From assembly GCA_041389025.1 (NCBI GenBank), contig JAWKSP010000001.1:128002-192001 (forward strand): 64,000 bases of DNA. Direction: 5' to 3'. Below the pieces are notes generated by a model. That model saw nothing but the letters and a program-made list of their open reading frames with translations. It made no database searches and was not told the origin of the DNA. Position 1 is the stretch's first letter. Every line of letters begins with the position of its first letter. Both the position numbers and the translations under genes were made by a program. Shown here piece after piece: positions 8,965-18,630 of this stretch. Source of the stretch: Minisyncoccota bacterium (GTDB lineage Bacteria > Patescibacteriota > Minisyncoccia > Phycocordibacterales > UBA918).

Positions 8965-10653
8965 TTATTGATTACTAATTTTCTTCTCAGTCAGTTTCTT
9001 TCTCACCATCTGTTGCGCTGCGTTCATACTGTGCTGGTAGTAAAGAGACTTAATTCCCTGCTTCCAAGCTTCAATATAAAGTTTATTGATATCTTTTACC
9101 GGTGTATCCGGTGCCACCATCACATTTAAAGATTGGCCCTGATCAAGATACTTTTGTCGATCAGCTGCTTGTTTTATTACTATTGATTGATCAATTTCAG
9201 CAAAAGTTCGATAAATTTCTCGCTCCTCTATTGATAAGAAATCCAAGTGTTGAACTGAACCATCATGATCACGAATACTATCCCAGATTTCTTTATTATC
9301 TTTACCTTTTTCTTCAAGTAGCTTTTTAAGGTTAGGATTTTTAATTGTCACCTTCATTTTAGCCACATCTTTTACGTAACAGTTAGACCAAATTGGTTCA
9401 ATCCCCTGTGAAACTTGTCCTAAAATAAAAGCTGATGAAGTATTAGGTGCAATTGCTAATAGCGTGGTATTTCTTCTTCCATAACCAGTCAATATTTCCG
9501 GCTCTCCAAGCTCTTTAGCTAATTCTTTTGTGGCTTTTTTCGCTTGTTCGTTAATAAGCTTAAAAACCTCCACATTTATCTCTTGTGCCTCTTTACTCTC
9601 AAAAGAGAGTTTTTTGGCTTGGAGAAGTGAATGCCAACCAAGCGTACCGAGACCAAGTGCTCGATTAGCTTTAGCAAAATTATAGGCTCGTTCCATGAAA
9701 GTAAAAGCTAGCCGCTTCTCTTTATCTTCACTATCACGCATTACTTCTAGTTTCTTGATAAAATCTTCCATCACTGCATCCAAAAAAGCAATCATAGTCT
9801 CAACTAAGTCGGTATCTTTCCAGTCATCATAATGTCTTAGATTAATAGAAGACAAACAACATACAAACGACCAATCATCATGAGATGGCAACATAATCTC
9901 ACTACACATGTTGCTAGCATAAATCTTCAATTTTTTATCTTTATAGACATCAACAGTGTTTTTATTGGCAGTATCTTGAAACATTATATATGGATATCCC
10001 ATTTCACCACGACGCTGAATTACCCTTGCCCAAATTGCTCTTTTTTCTTCATCACCAGCAATCATCTCTTCCAACCATTCATCAGTTACTGTTACACCGT
10101 GGGTTAGTTTTTGAATTGGATTGCCTTCAGTTCCGATATCAAGAAATTCCAAAATATCAGGATGTTCAATTGGTAAGTAGGGTGAGAAATGCCCTCGACG
10201 TACTGATCCTTGACTAACCACATCGACCAAAGTCTCAAACAATTGCATAAAATGTACCGCTCCAGAGGAACTTCCATTATCTCCGGATATACGAGATCCT
10301 CGTTCTCTTAAATCACCAAAATAGCCCGAGCAACCACCACCAAATTTACTTTGCATTCCTACCTCAGCATTAGTGTATAGAATGCCTCCCATATTGTCAG
10401 AAACATAAGAACCAAAACAACTAATCGGCAATCCTTTATCAATACCAAAATTTGACCAAACTGGAGAAGCTAAGGAAATCCAGCCTTTAGACATATAATC
10501 AACGAACTTATCAGCAAACCCTTTACGGTTTAGAAATTTCTCCGCCGCTTTAGCGATAACTTCAATTCTATCTTCAGCCGTTTGTCCTTCTGCCAGATAA
10601 CCCCGAGCAAGAAAACCTCGACTATTTTCATTCAACCAGTACCATGAATCCAT
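8965..10653 (-). CDS. nrdA: Class I ribonucleotide reductase large (alpha) subunit, short form without N-terminal ATP-cone
   Basis: 562 aa; active-site motif ASNMCSEI (NxCxE), ...GLGTLGWH..., C-terminal region; begins directly MDSWYW with no cone. Confidence 0.85.
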   Translation of the reverse strand: MDSWYWLNENSRGFLARGYLAEGQTAEDRIEVIAKAAEKFLNRKGFADKFVDYMSKGWISLASPVWSNFGIDKGLPISCFGSYVSDNMGGILYTNAEVGMQSKFGGGCSGYFGDLRERGSRISGDNGSSSGAVHFMQLFETLVDVVSQGSVRRGHFSPYLPIEHPDILEFLDIGTEGNPIQKLTHGVTVTDEWLEEMIAGDEEKRAIWARVIQRRGEMGYPYIMFQDTANKNTVDVYKDKKLKIYASNMCSEIMLPSHDDWSFVCCLSSINLRHYDDWKDTDLVETMIAFLDAVMEDFIKKLEVMRDSEDKEKRLAFTFMERAYNFAKANRALGLGTLGWHSLLQAKKLSFESKEAQEINVEVFKLINEQAKKATKELAKELGEPEILTGYGRRNTTLLAIAPNTSSAFILGQVSQGIEPIWSNCYVKDVAKMKVTIKNPNLKKLLEEKGKDNKEIWDSIRDHDGSVQHLDFLSIEEREIYRTFAEIDQSIVIKQAADRQKYLDQGQSLNVMVAPDTPVKDINKLYIEAWKQGIKSLYYQHSMNAAQQMVRKKLTEKKISNQ

Positions 10654-10674
10654 AAAAATAAATTAGATGTTAAA

Positions 10675-11988
10675 TCAGAATAAATCATCACTAGTTACAC
10701 TAGCACTACGCTTATTATAATTGATTGAGCGTTTATGGAAAAAGTCTACGTGTTTGGTAGCAATCACCTCATTATCAAACCAATCAGTTTCTTCAAGCAA
10801 AGCTTCGCTCACTTCAAAAATGCGAGGTAGCCCGATAGATGCCAAAGAATTATTCAGACGATTCTTTACAAATTCTTTTACATTAGTAGACGGCATAAAA
10901 TCTAGCTCACCTGCTTCATAAATCCAGTCAATAATCTCACTTTCCGCTTCATACGCTTCATAACAAGCATTTATGATCATTTCCTTACAATCTTCATCAA
11001 ACCACTCCGGATGTTCTTGTTTAATGATATTAATAACATCAATCCCAAACATACCATGAATATTTTCTTCTTTAGAAGTAGCTTCTACAGCGTTACTAAT
11101 CCCTTTTAGTAAGTTTTTATGCTTATTAAAAGACATTATTATTAAAAACTGTGAAAATAAAGAGACGTGCTCAATAAACAAAGAGAACAACAGGACCGAG
11201 TGCATATACTGACGATTCTCATCCGTTTTAGACAAAGTGATAGTCTTTTCCAAATAATTAATTCGTTTTTTAATAACCGGCACATCAGTAATCTTTTCAA
11301 ATTCTGAATTAAGACCGAGTATCTCTAAAAGGTGTGAATAAGCGTCCATATGTCTCGCTTCACTTTCAGCAAAAGTCACGCCAACTGCGCTAATTTCCGG
11401 CTTAGGCATTTTTTTGTAGATATCACCCCAAAATGTCTTTACTGCCACTTCTATCTGAGCAATAGCTAACATAGCGTTTTTAATAGCATTTCTCTCTGAC
11501 TCATTTACATTTACATGGAAATCATTGATATCACTGGTGTAATTGAACTCGGTATGAATCCAATATGAATGCCTGATTGAATTTACATATTCGTATAATT
11601 CAGGGTATTCATATGGTTTTAGGTTGATTCTTTTATGAAAAATATCTCTTTCTCGTAACTTTTTACGAGCATTACGATAAATGATATAGGCTTTGGCTGT
11701 CTCAAAATAATCTAACTCCATTAAAGACTGTTCTACTAAGTCTTGAATTTCCTCCACTGCCGGATAACCATCTATACATTTCTTAGACTTAGGATCATCA
11801 GCTGAAGCTGTAGCTGCTTGCACACACATTGCTACCGTTTTTTGGTGAGCTAAATCAGCTACTTTTTTAGCGTCCTCAGCCTTACCTTCACCACTTCCTT
11901 CCAAGGCTTTTAAAATAGCATTCTCAATTTTTGCAATATTAAAAGACTGAACTGAACCGTCTCTTTTTCGAATTTGCTTAATCTCCAT
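10675..11988 (-). CDS. nrdB: Class I RNR small (beta, R2) subunit with an N-terminal ATP-cone domain fused
   Basis: 437 aa; residues 1-~90 (MEIKQIRKRDGSVQSFNIAKIENAILKAL...) look like an ATP-cone; remainder has ferritin-like diiron motifs (ESERNAIKNAMLAIAQIEVAV..., FAESEARHMDAYSHL, ...EENIHGMFG). Confidence 0.8.
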   Translation of the reverse strand: MEIKQIRKRDGSVQSFNIAKIENAILKALEGSGEGKAEDAKKVADLAHQKTVAMCVQAATASADDPKSKKCIDGYPAVEEIQDLVEQSLMELDYFETAKAYIIYRNARKKLRERDIFHKRINLKPYEYPELYEYVNSIRHSYWIHTEFNYTSDINDFHVNVNESERNAIKNAMLAIAQIEVAVKTFWGDIYKKMPKPEISAVGVTFAESEARHMDAYSHLLEILGLNSEFEKITDVPVIKKRINYLEKTITLSKTDENRQYMHSVLLFSLFIEHVSLFSQFLIIMSFNKHKNLLKGISNAVEATSKEENIHGMFGIDVINIIKQEHPEWFDEDCKEMIINACYEAYEAESEIIDWIYEAGELDFMPSTNVKEFVKNRLNNSLASIGLPRIFEVSEALLEETDWFDNEVIATKHVDFFHKRSINYNKRSASVTSDDLF

Positions 11989-12352
11989 ACCAAACTAATT
12001 TCTAACAAAACTTAATAAATATTTTTAATTATTCCCATCATCAACACGTTGCTACAAAAAACACTCATTGATACTTTCTTTGGCGGTAGTGAGGTTAAAA
12101 GACTGTTGTTTCCATGTGTTAATGCACTTTTGATGTCAAAACACACGGTGGAGAAACACGTGCGTGACTAAATGATAACATTTTGTTATTAACATCATTT
12201 TTAAACCTTTTCCAAAAATAAGGTTATTTTTAATTTTTTTATGATTATTGTTTATAATAATGTGGATAACCTTAAACTTGTATTAATTTATGATAATTAT
12301 TTTTAATTTTGCCTAGTGTCTTAGATTTAAAATATGTTTTCTGATAATAAAA

Positions 12353-12385
12353 TACCCCGCCGGCAAAGCCGGCGGGGTATTTTTC
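12353..12385. terminator. Rho-independent terminator TACCCCGCCGGC-AAA-GCCGGCGGGGTA + TTTTT, downstream of mscL
   Basis: Perfect 12-bp GC-rich stem with flanking A/T runs. Confidence 0.65.
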
Positions 12386-12400
12386 TTACCTTTATTTAAA

Positions 12401-12787
12401 TTAGTTACGATTTTTTAAATTATCTCGAATTTCACGCAATAATACGACTTCTTCAGTTGGTTCTTTTGGTTTTTCTTCCTTTGCTTCTTCTTTTTTCTTA
12501 AGTTTACTTAGAGCTTTGATAGCTATAAAGATAGCAAAAGCAATTACAATAAAATCAAAAACACTCTGCAAAAAGACTCCATACTTGATTTCAGCATCAC
12601 CTAAAATAAAAGTAAAGCCGGTAAAATCAACCCCACCAAGCAACACACCGATCAATGGAGTCACAATATTCTCTACCAAAGAAGACACTATCTTACCGAA
12701 AGCGGCTCCAATAACTACCGCTACCGCCAAATCCATCACGTTACCCTTCATAGCAAAGGCTTTGAATTCATTGACAAAATTTTTCAT
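12401..12787 (-). CDS. mscL: Large-conductance mechanosensitive channel
   Basis: 128 aa; [31 protein letters not shown] diagnostic of MscL. Confidence 0.9.
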   Translation of the reverse strand: MKNFVNEFKAFAMKGNVMDLAVAVVIGAAFGKIVSSLVENIVTPLIGVLLGGVDFTGFTFILGDAEIKYGVFLQSVFDFIVIAFAIFIAIKALSKLKKKEEAKEEKPKEPTEEVVLLREIRDNLKNRN

Positions 12788-12838
12788 AATATACTTAACT
12801 TATCTTTATAAATAAGCTATTTATAACACCTTTTTTAA

Positions 12839-13993
12839 CTAATGTTTAGCCTCTTCATCAACCGGATGCGAACATATATGTACCCCATCTTCTTTTACTA
12901 TTTTGTCCTTAAAATACCAAGCTGCCATAGCAGTAGTAAGTGGTACCGCTAAAATAAGACCGATACTTCCCACCACAATTCTTAGTACTTCAGCTGCCAC
13001 AACCTCCTGATTAATAACCAAAAATATCGGTGACGCACCATAAGCAAAGAGTAATATCATCGGTAATGCCGCCCCAACATAAGCCAAAGCCAGAGTATTT
13101 ACCAAAGAACCAACATGATCCCGGCCGACCTTAATAGCTCTATTATAAAGTTCTTTGAATCCAAAAACAGCGTTGGCACTCTTTAATTCTTGTACTACCG
13201 AAGCTTGTGTAATAGAAACATCATCCAAAAGGCCTAAAAGACCGATAATAATACTACCGAGCAGTAGACCTGATAAATCCAAAGTACCACCAGTCGCGAA
13301 ATTTAAATAAACCGAAGCATCATCACCAAAACCAGTTAACTTCATCCACTTGACCCAAATCCAAGCAATTGCACAAGTAACAAAGACCGCAGAGAAAGTG
13401 CCCAAGAAAGTTATAAACACTCTTGGTTTAAAACCATGTGTAAAGAACAAGGTAACACTTAAAATCAGACCAGATATAGCTAAACTAGCCAAAGCTGGCG
13501 AATACCCTTTAAGTAAAGCTGGTACTAAAAGGAAAATAATAGCCAAGATACTAATAGCTAGACTGGTAATAGCTCTTAAACCTTGCCGACCAGATAACCA
13601 AATTATTAAAGCAAAAAATAGTATAACAATTGCCAACATCGGACCCCTCCTCTCTACATCCTTAAAGGTAAAATATTCAATTCCATCTACAGCAACCAAA
13701 CGATTAACAAAAATATCGTCACCAACCGACAAAACCATTAAATCATTTTCCAGATCCACCATTTCTCCAGTCCTCTCTCCGTCTTTTAGTTTTATTTTTA
13801 ACTCTTGAACCGTAGTTGAAGCACCAGTACCCATAATGTCTCGTTCGTATTGATTAGTAACCTCAATAACTTCAGCTTTAATTGTCTCTTGAAATTCTTG
13901 ATGCACTTCTTGAGCTAACAGTAGGGATGGTAGAGATAAAATAAGAAAAAATAATGTGAAAATAACTTTTTTTATGATAATTATTGATTGCAT
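12839..13993 (-). CDS. YibE/F-family polytopic membrane protein
   Basis: 384 aa, signal/TM N-terminus then ~8 TM helices; overall similarity to YibE/F family (family-level call from composition/motifs). Confidence 0.55.
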   Translation of the reverse strand: MQSIIIIKKVIFTLFFLILSLPSLLLAQEVHQEFQETIKAEVIEVTNQYERDIMGTGASTTVQELKIKLKDGERTGEMVDLENDLMVLSVGDDIFVNRLVAVDGIEYFTFKDVERRGPMLAIVILFFALIIWLSGRQGLRAITSLAISILAIIFLLVPALLKGYSPALASLAISGLILSVTLFFTHGFKPRVFITFLGTFSAVFVTCAIAWIWVKWMKLTGFGDDASVYLNFATGGTLDLSGLLLGSIIIGLLGLLDDVSITQASVVQELKSANAVFGFKELYNRAIKVGRDHVGSLVNTLALAYVGAALPMILLFAYGASPIFLVINQEVVAAEVLRIVVGSIGLILAVPLTTAMAAWYFKDKIVKEDGVHICSHPVDEEAKH

Positions 13994-14284
13994 GATTAAA
14001 TAAAATAATAATTGTTAGAAATTTAATTGAACTAATAGTTAAAAAAGAAAACGCGCTACATAAAAACCGACTCCTGCTCCTAAAGCAAAAACAAAAAATA
14101 GTGTGACCAGTAAAGCTTCTTGGTCCATAATCACTTTCAATTCTAACATCACCTCTTTTTGACAACAAGCTTTACCCTCGACTTTTTCTCAAAAAATAGG
14201 TATAACAGTGCATACTGTTAAGTAAACAGCACTTGGTAAGGGAGACGCGGCTCCGCCACGCCTCCCTCCTTTACCAAAAAACAT

Positions 14285-14360
14285 GGCGGCTATCGTATAA
14301 CGGCTATTACTCCAGTTTGTGGCACTGGTAATCTGGGTTCGATTCCCAGTAGTCGCCCCA
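14285..14360 (+). tRNA. tRNA-His (anticodon GTG) with genomically encoded G-1 and 3' CCA
   Basis: Cloverleaf: acceptor GCGGCTA/TAGTCGC with G-1:C73, anticodon loop TTGTGGC, T-loop TTCGATT, terminal CCA. Confidence 0.85.
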
Positions 14361-14430
14361 ATTTTAAAGCCTATCAAATAAGGGTTTTCTAGATACCCTG
14401 TCGAGAGGCTCGAACTGATATACTATATGC

Positions 14431-14751
14431 ATGGAAAGTTTTGATGGAAAAACAGAAGCGGGTTTTGAAAAGATCGAAAGAGAAATGAGAGAGCTACTCA
14501 CAAAAATTCGAGAGAGCATCGCCACTCAAAAAACTGAAAAAACAACTTGGTGGCTAAATAAAATGCAAGAATTCAAACATAAAGTTTACCAATACGAAGA
14601 TGAAGAAGATGTATGGAACTGTCTTGGTTATCACTTACTTTGGGGCAGTACTCCACCATACGAGCAAATAACCCGTGCTGATTTCCCACATCCTTATTCC
14701 ATTAAAGAATTTTTGCTAGATACTCAAGCTGAATTAGAAGAAACAGCGTAA
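14431..14751 (+). CDS. Hypothetical protein
   Basis: 106-aa ORF, no recognised domain. Confidence 0.35.
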   Translation: MESFDGKTEAGFEKIEREMRELLTKIRESIATQKTEKTTWWLNKMQEFKHKVYQYEDEEDVWNCLGYHLLWGSTPPYEQITRADFPHPYSIKEFLLDTQAELEETA

Positions 14752-14989
14752 CTATCTTAAGACTACAACCGGAATATGGATTGTCGAGTCACCCATCTTT
14801 TCAAAAACAGTTCGAACATCCTCTACGACGTCGCCCTACTGTCCTAGACACCTAGGAAACATAAAAAAATAACAACTTTTGGTTCCACTAAAGTATTAGG
14901 AGTCGGTTTTTGTGTATATGTGGACATTATACATTGTTTATTGTACCACCCTCCTTCAGATGGACCTTCAAAATAAACAGGAGATGACT

Positions 14990-15694
14990 ATGAGCAATAT
15001 CATACATTTTTCACCCAACATGAGTATAAAGGATGACCTTCTTCCCTTTCTTAACAAACACCTACATACAGCAGGTTGGACACTAGTTAGATTACAGCCA
15101 TCAGACAAAATCGAAACTGATTTACTGTTGATCTCTGCTCTTGCAGGACAGATGTTCGGAAATAATTTTGGATACCATGTACTTGACGCAAACAATGCAC
15201 ACGAGATACTTGCTATACACACCGAAGGTATTTCAAATGAAGACGGGATTATTCCCTATTTCGCCCTCGGTTACATCAGACCGTCGACTTAAGGTGGTCA
15301 AACAAGATTATTTGATGGACGGATTGCGGCAGAAAAGATCACAGCAACTCCTGAGTTATCAAATGTCTTGATTGAATATTCAGCTCTAGCCAACCCACAA
15401 TTAAGAGTACGTCATCCACTTGTAATTCCAGAGTATGGGAAAACGGTTCGTTATCGTTCCCAAGTGGAAACAAACACAGTTATAAATTCTGGTGTATTTT
15501 CTGTGAATGAAATGTATCGTCATGTAGACAAAATCATTCATGATAGCCTTATAGTGAGCCATCAATGGAATATAGGAGATTTACTCTTTGTAAATAACCT
15601 GATCACTCTACACGATCGACTTCCATTCATGGGTCAACGAAGAATGTTACGTGTGCGGTATAATGACAATCTCAACTTTCTTATAAGGTATTAA
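14990..15694 (+). pseudogene. TauD/TfdA-like Fe(II)/2-oxoglutarate dioxygenase interrupted by a single in-frame TAA at 15290-15292
   Basis: ORFs 14912..15292 and 15368..15694 are in the same frame; joined reading gives ...AIHTEGISNEDGIIPYFALGYIRPST*GGQTRLFDG...LHDRLPF...RRMLRV, the HxD/E...GGxT...H...R facial-triad layout of TauD family; AGGAG SD 6 nt before ATG 14990. Confidence 0.6.
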
Positions 15695-15697
15695 GAA

Positions 15698-16174
15698 ATG
15701 AAAATGAAACAAACAATCTATACCCTCATCATGCCGGTAGTAAAATTATATTGGCGTATCTTCAAACCACAATCATACGGAGTCAAAGTTGTTATTGTAC
15801 ACCCACATGATCAAAATAAGGTGCTGTTAGTTCGACATTCTTACGGAAATACTACACTCTGGAATATTCCAGGCGGTGGATTTAATCCCAAGAAAGAAAC
15901 TGCTTACTCAGCTATTTTACGCGAGGTTCAAGAAGAACTTGGTATTGATGTTTTCAACCTAAGAGAATTGGAAGAATACCACACAGGAGGCGAAGGGAAA
16001 AAAGATACCGTCACTTTATTTTCTGGGATAATAAAAAATCCCGAGAATATAAAGATCAATCCTGAAATATCAGCACTTGCTTGGGTAGAAATGAGCATAT
16101 TACGCGACCGAGGTGATGATGTCGCTAGAGTAGCAAGGCGAGCGGTTGAAAAAATCCTTACCTCAAACGTTTAA
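15698..16174 (+). CDS. NUDIX hydrolase
   Basis: 158 aa; Nudix box GGGFNPKKETAYSAILREVQEELGI (GX5EX7REUXEEXGU). Confidence 0.8.
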   Translation: MKMKQTIYTLIMPVVKLYWRIFKPQSYGVKVVIVHPHDQNKVLLVRHSYGNTTLWNIPGGGFNPKKETAYSAILREVQEELGIDVFNLRELEEYHTGGEGKKDTVTLFSGIIKNPENIKINPEISALAWVEMSILRDRGDDVARVARRAVEKILTSNV

Positions 16175-16451
16175 TCCTACCAAATTCAACAAGCCCTAGC
16201 CCTGCCAAATCAATTTGGTAGAGCTCTTTTACTTTTGGGCGACTAAAGAAGTGCCCTACGGCACTTCTGTCTGGGAATCGAAAAACGGTGATCGATATGA
16301 ATTTCAGAGCAGAGTAGAAAAATAAACTAGCTAAGTTAAGATCATAAATAATGAGTTTACGATTATATTCTTTAAAGAGAATAATTATTTGCAAAAATTT
16401 TATTCAGTTATATATTTTAATTAGATCAAACCCTACAGCGAGGTACAATAA

Positions 16452-16892
16452 ATGCCAGAAAGATACATTCTTCCTAAGCGAGAAGTAGTATTTATAAAGT
16501 CACTGAAGTATCATGGATTTCGAGTAACCAGAAAAAGGGGAAATCTAAAATATACAACCGGTTACATTATTCCATCAACCAAACGAGAGGATCATAGTGG
16601 TATTGATTTTTGGGTAAAAATGCCTAGAGATGAAAGGCTTTTTCCTGTACAAATTACTCAACGTGGTGTTAGTATTTTAAAAAAGTACCAAGGTTTTACA
16701 GAGGATAGATTTAAAATTTTAATTCTAGAGTCTGAGTCTAGGATTAGAAATAAAAGAAAGCGCTGTAAACAACACGGAATTGCTTTTGTTTTAGTCAGAG
16801 ACTACAGAGGTAGTAAAACAAACCCTAGGATTGCTTGGGGAGATATAAAAGCCTTACGCTATGCAATCGCCCACCTTAAGCGTTGGTTATGA
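16452..16892 (+). CDS. Hypothetical basic protein
   Basis: 146 aa, K/R rich, no motif. Confidence 0.35.
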   Translation: MPERYILPKREVVFIKSLKYHGFRVTRKRGNLKYTTGYIIPSTKREDHSGIDFWVKMPRDERLFPVQITQRGVSILKKYQGFTEDRFKILILESESRIRNKRKRCKQHGIAFVLVRDYRGSKTNPRIAWGDIKALRYAIAHLKRWL

Positions 16893-16926
16893 TTTTGGTA
16901 AAATCATAACCAACGCTTTATTTTTT
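16880..16926 (+). terminator. Intrinsic terminator (17-bp perfect stem GCGTTGGTTATGATTTT/AAAATCATAACCAACGC) + T-run; overlaps stop codon of 16452..16892
   Basis: Read from sequence. Confidence 0.6.
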
Positions 16927-16956
16927 ATGTTATTTATACTAACCTAAACTAACTCC

Positions 16957-17340
16957 ATGGATTTATTTATAATATTTTTGATCGGTTTTCTTTCCAGTTT
17001 CTTTGGTAATTTTGCCAGCGGGATAACTTCAACACTTTCACTGTCTGGTTTATTAGCTTTTGGTCTTCCGAGTCACACCGCCCTAGCCACTCACCGCCTT
17101 GGTTTGTTTGGATTTGATTTAGGAGGAATAAGAGAGTATGTCAAACATAATAAAATTGACTGGAGTTTAATACCTATACTTTCCTTAATCGGGATAGTCG
17201 CAGCTATTATTGGCTCAAACATTATTTTGTCAGTTGACCAAGAACTATTATCAAAACTATTAGGTATCGTAATACTATTTTTTATTCCCATAATGCTTCT
17301 AAAACCTCATCTGGGTTTAGTAAGCTGGAGAAATTTATGA
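16957..17340 (+). CDS. Small 4-TM membrane protein, half-size TauE/SafE (TSUP)-like
   Basis: 127 aa; four predicted TM helices; G-rich helix starts similar to TSUP repeat unit. Confidence 0.4.
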   Translation: MDLFIIFLIGFLSSFFGNFASGITSTLSLSGLLAFGLPSHTALATHRLGLFGFDLGGIREYVKHNKIDWSLIPILSLIGIVAAIIGSNIILSVDQELLSKLLGIVILFFIPIMLLKPHLGLVSWRNL

Positions 17341-17357
17341 GATATTTATAAAATAAT

Positions 17358-17789
17358 ATGTCAAAACAGATCATTTTAAAAACCAGTAAAAATAACAACA
17401 GCGTCGCTAAGTATATAAAAAATGTTCCGAAGGAGATGCAAAAGGATGCTAAGGTTCTGCTAAAATTATTTAAAGAAACAACCGGTACAAAAGCCGAGAT
17501 GTGGGGCGCCAGTATTATTGGTTTTGGTGAATACACTTACCACAGATCTAATGGATATGAAGGTAAATTCATGGCCACTGGCTTCTCAATTCGAAAATCC
17601 GGCCCTACCCTATACATCATGCCAGGTTATCAAGACTACTCAAAACTACTAGAAAAACTTGGTCCCCACAGACTTGGAAAATCTTGTCTGTATTTAAAAA
17701 ACCTTGAAGGAATTGATTTAAAAGTTATTGGTAAACTTATTAAACAAGGTTTGAAAGATTTGAAGAAGAAACATAAAGTAAAACTATAG
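17358..17789 (+). CDS. DUF1801 (YdhG-like) domain protein
   Basis: 143 aa; pattern ...AKYIKNVPKEMQKDAKVLLKLFKE...KFMATGFSIRKSGPTLYIM... typical of DUF1801. Confidence 0.45.
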   Translation: MSKQIILKTSKNNNSVAKYIKNVPKEMQKDAKVLLKLFKETTGTKAEMWGASIIGFGEYTYHRSNGYEGKFMATGFSIRKSGPTLYIMPGYQDYSKLLEKLGPHRLGKSCLYLKNLEGIDLKVIGKLIKQGLKDLKKKHKVKL

Positions 17790-17815
17790 TTTGTATAAAT
17801 TATTTTTTATATATA

Positions 17816-17841
17816 AAAAGGCCTCGCACGCGAGGCCTTTT
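17816..17841. terminator. Bidirectional terminator AAAAGGCCTCG-CACG-CGAGGCCTTTT
   Basis: Perfect 11-bp stem between convergent genes. Confidence 0.6.
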
Positions 17842-17881
17842 AACAAACCGCTAAAACGGTTGGTCCATGAAACAAATTACA

Positions 17882-18616
17882 TCAAACTCCGTATTTCCGC
17901 TGGTAAGCTTGAATCTTTCTCAAGATTTCACCAGTCTTACCATCACTACTTTCAACTGAAATTTGCTGTATCAAATCAGCAAAAGTAGCAATCGCCCGAA
18001 CAGGAATTTTGTTTTTATTTTCAAACTCCTGAACTGCAGATTTAGTGGTCCCAACTCCAGTTTCTTGCCGATCAAAAGCGATCACGCAACCGACAGGAGT
18101 ACCGCCATTGGCACAAATAATCTCCACAGCTTCATCTGAAGATATACCTGTTGTCATGGCGTCATCTAGAATCAGTGCGTTCTTCCCAGCAAGTGATGCT
18201 CCCACGATTGTTCCACCTTCAGCATGATCCTTCTTTTCTTTGCGATTGAAAGCATATCCAACATTTATACCATAGTCACTTTCTAGCAAGAGAGTAACTC
18301 CAACAACAAGAGGAATACCCTTGTATGCCGGTCCAAATAATACGTCAAAAGAAATATCTTCTCTGTCGCAAAGAGTAATAATAGTTTCGGTGTAAGCTTT
18401 TATAAGAACACCAAGAGTCACTCCATCATTGAACAGTCCAGAGTTAAAGAAATACGGAGACAACCTTTTACTTTTCAAGCTTATTCCTTCAGATGGAAAT
18501 TTCAACGCTTCAATTTTTATAGCGTAAGAAATAAAATCTCTCGCTGTACTAAATGTTTCTTGGGTATACAATCCTGAATTATTAAATCCATCGTCAGGAA
18601 GTTCTACTATAGACAT
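17882..18616 (-). CDS. pyrE: Orotate phosphoribosyltransferase (start at internal ATG, MSIVELPDD...)
   Basis: PRPP-binding motif ALILDDAMTTGISS and overall OPRTase similarity. Confidence 0.85.
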   Translation of the reverse strand: MSIVELPDDGFNNSGLYTQETFSTARDFISYAIKIEALKFPSEGISLKSKRLSPYFFNSGLFNDGVTLGVLIKAYTETIITLCDREDISFDVLFGPAYKGIPLVVGVTLLLESDYGINVGYAFNRKEKKDHAEGGTIVGASLAGKNALILDDAMTTGISSDEAVEIICANGGTPVGCVIAFDRQETGVGTTKSAVQEFENKNKIPVRAIATFADLIQQISVESSDGKTGEILRKIQAYQRKYGV

Positions 18617-18630
18617 AATTTCTCCTTTAT

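Noticed and set aside
12100-12180. Possible NrdR box or riboswitch in the nrdB leader (CACACGGTGGAGAAACACGTG region)
   Set aside because: No clean 16-bp NrdR palindrome or known riboswitch core could be confirmed by eye, so it is left as an untested possibility.
14189-14377. 62-aa minus-strand ORF
   Set aside because: It lies antisense across tRNA-His and starts on TTG, so it is an ORF-caller artefact.
15290-15292. In-frame TAA as possible stop-codon reassignment or selenocysteine
   Set aside because: TAA terminates many well-defined genes in the window. Sec uses UGA plus a SECIS, so a pseudogene or sequencing error is more parsimonious.
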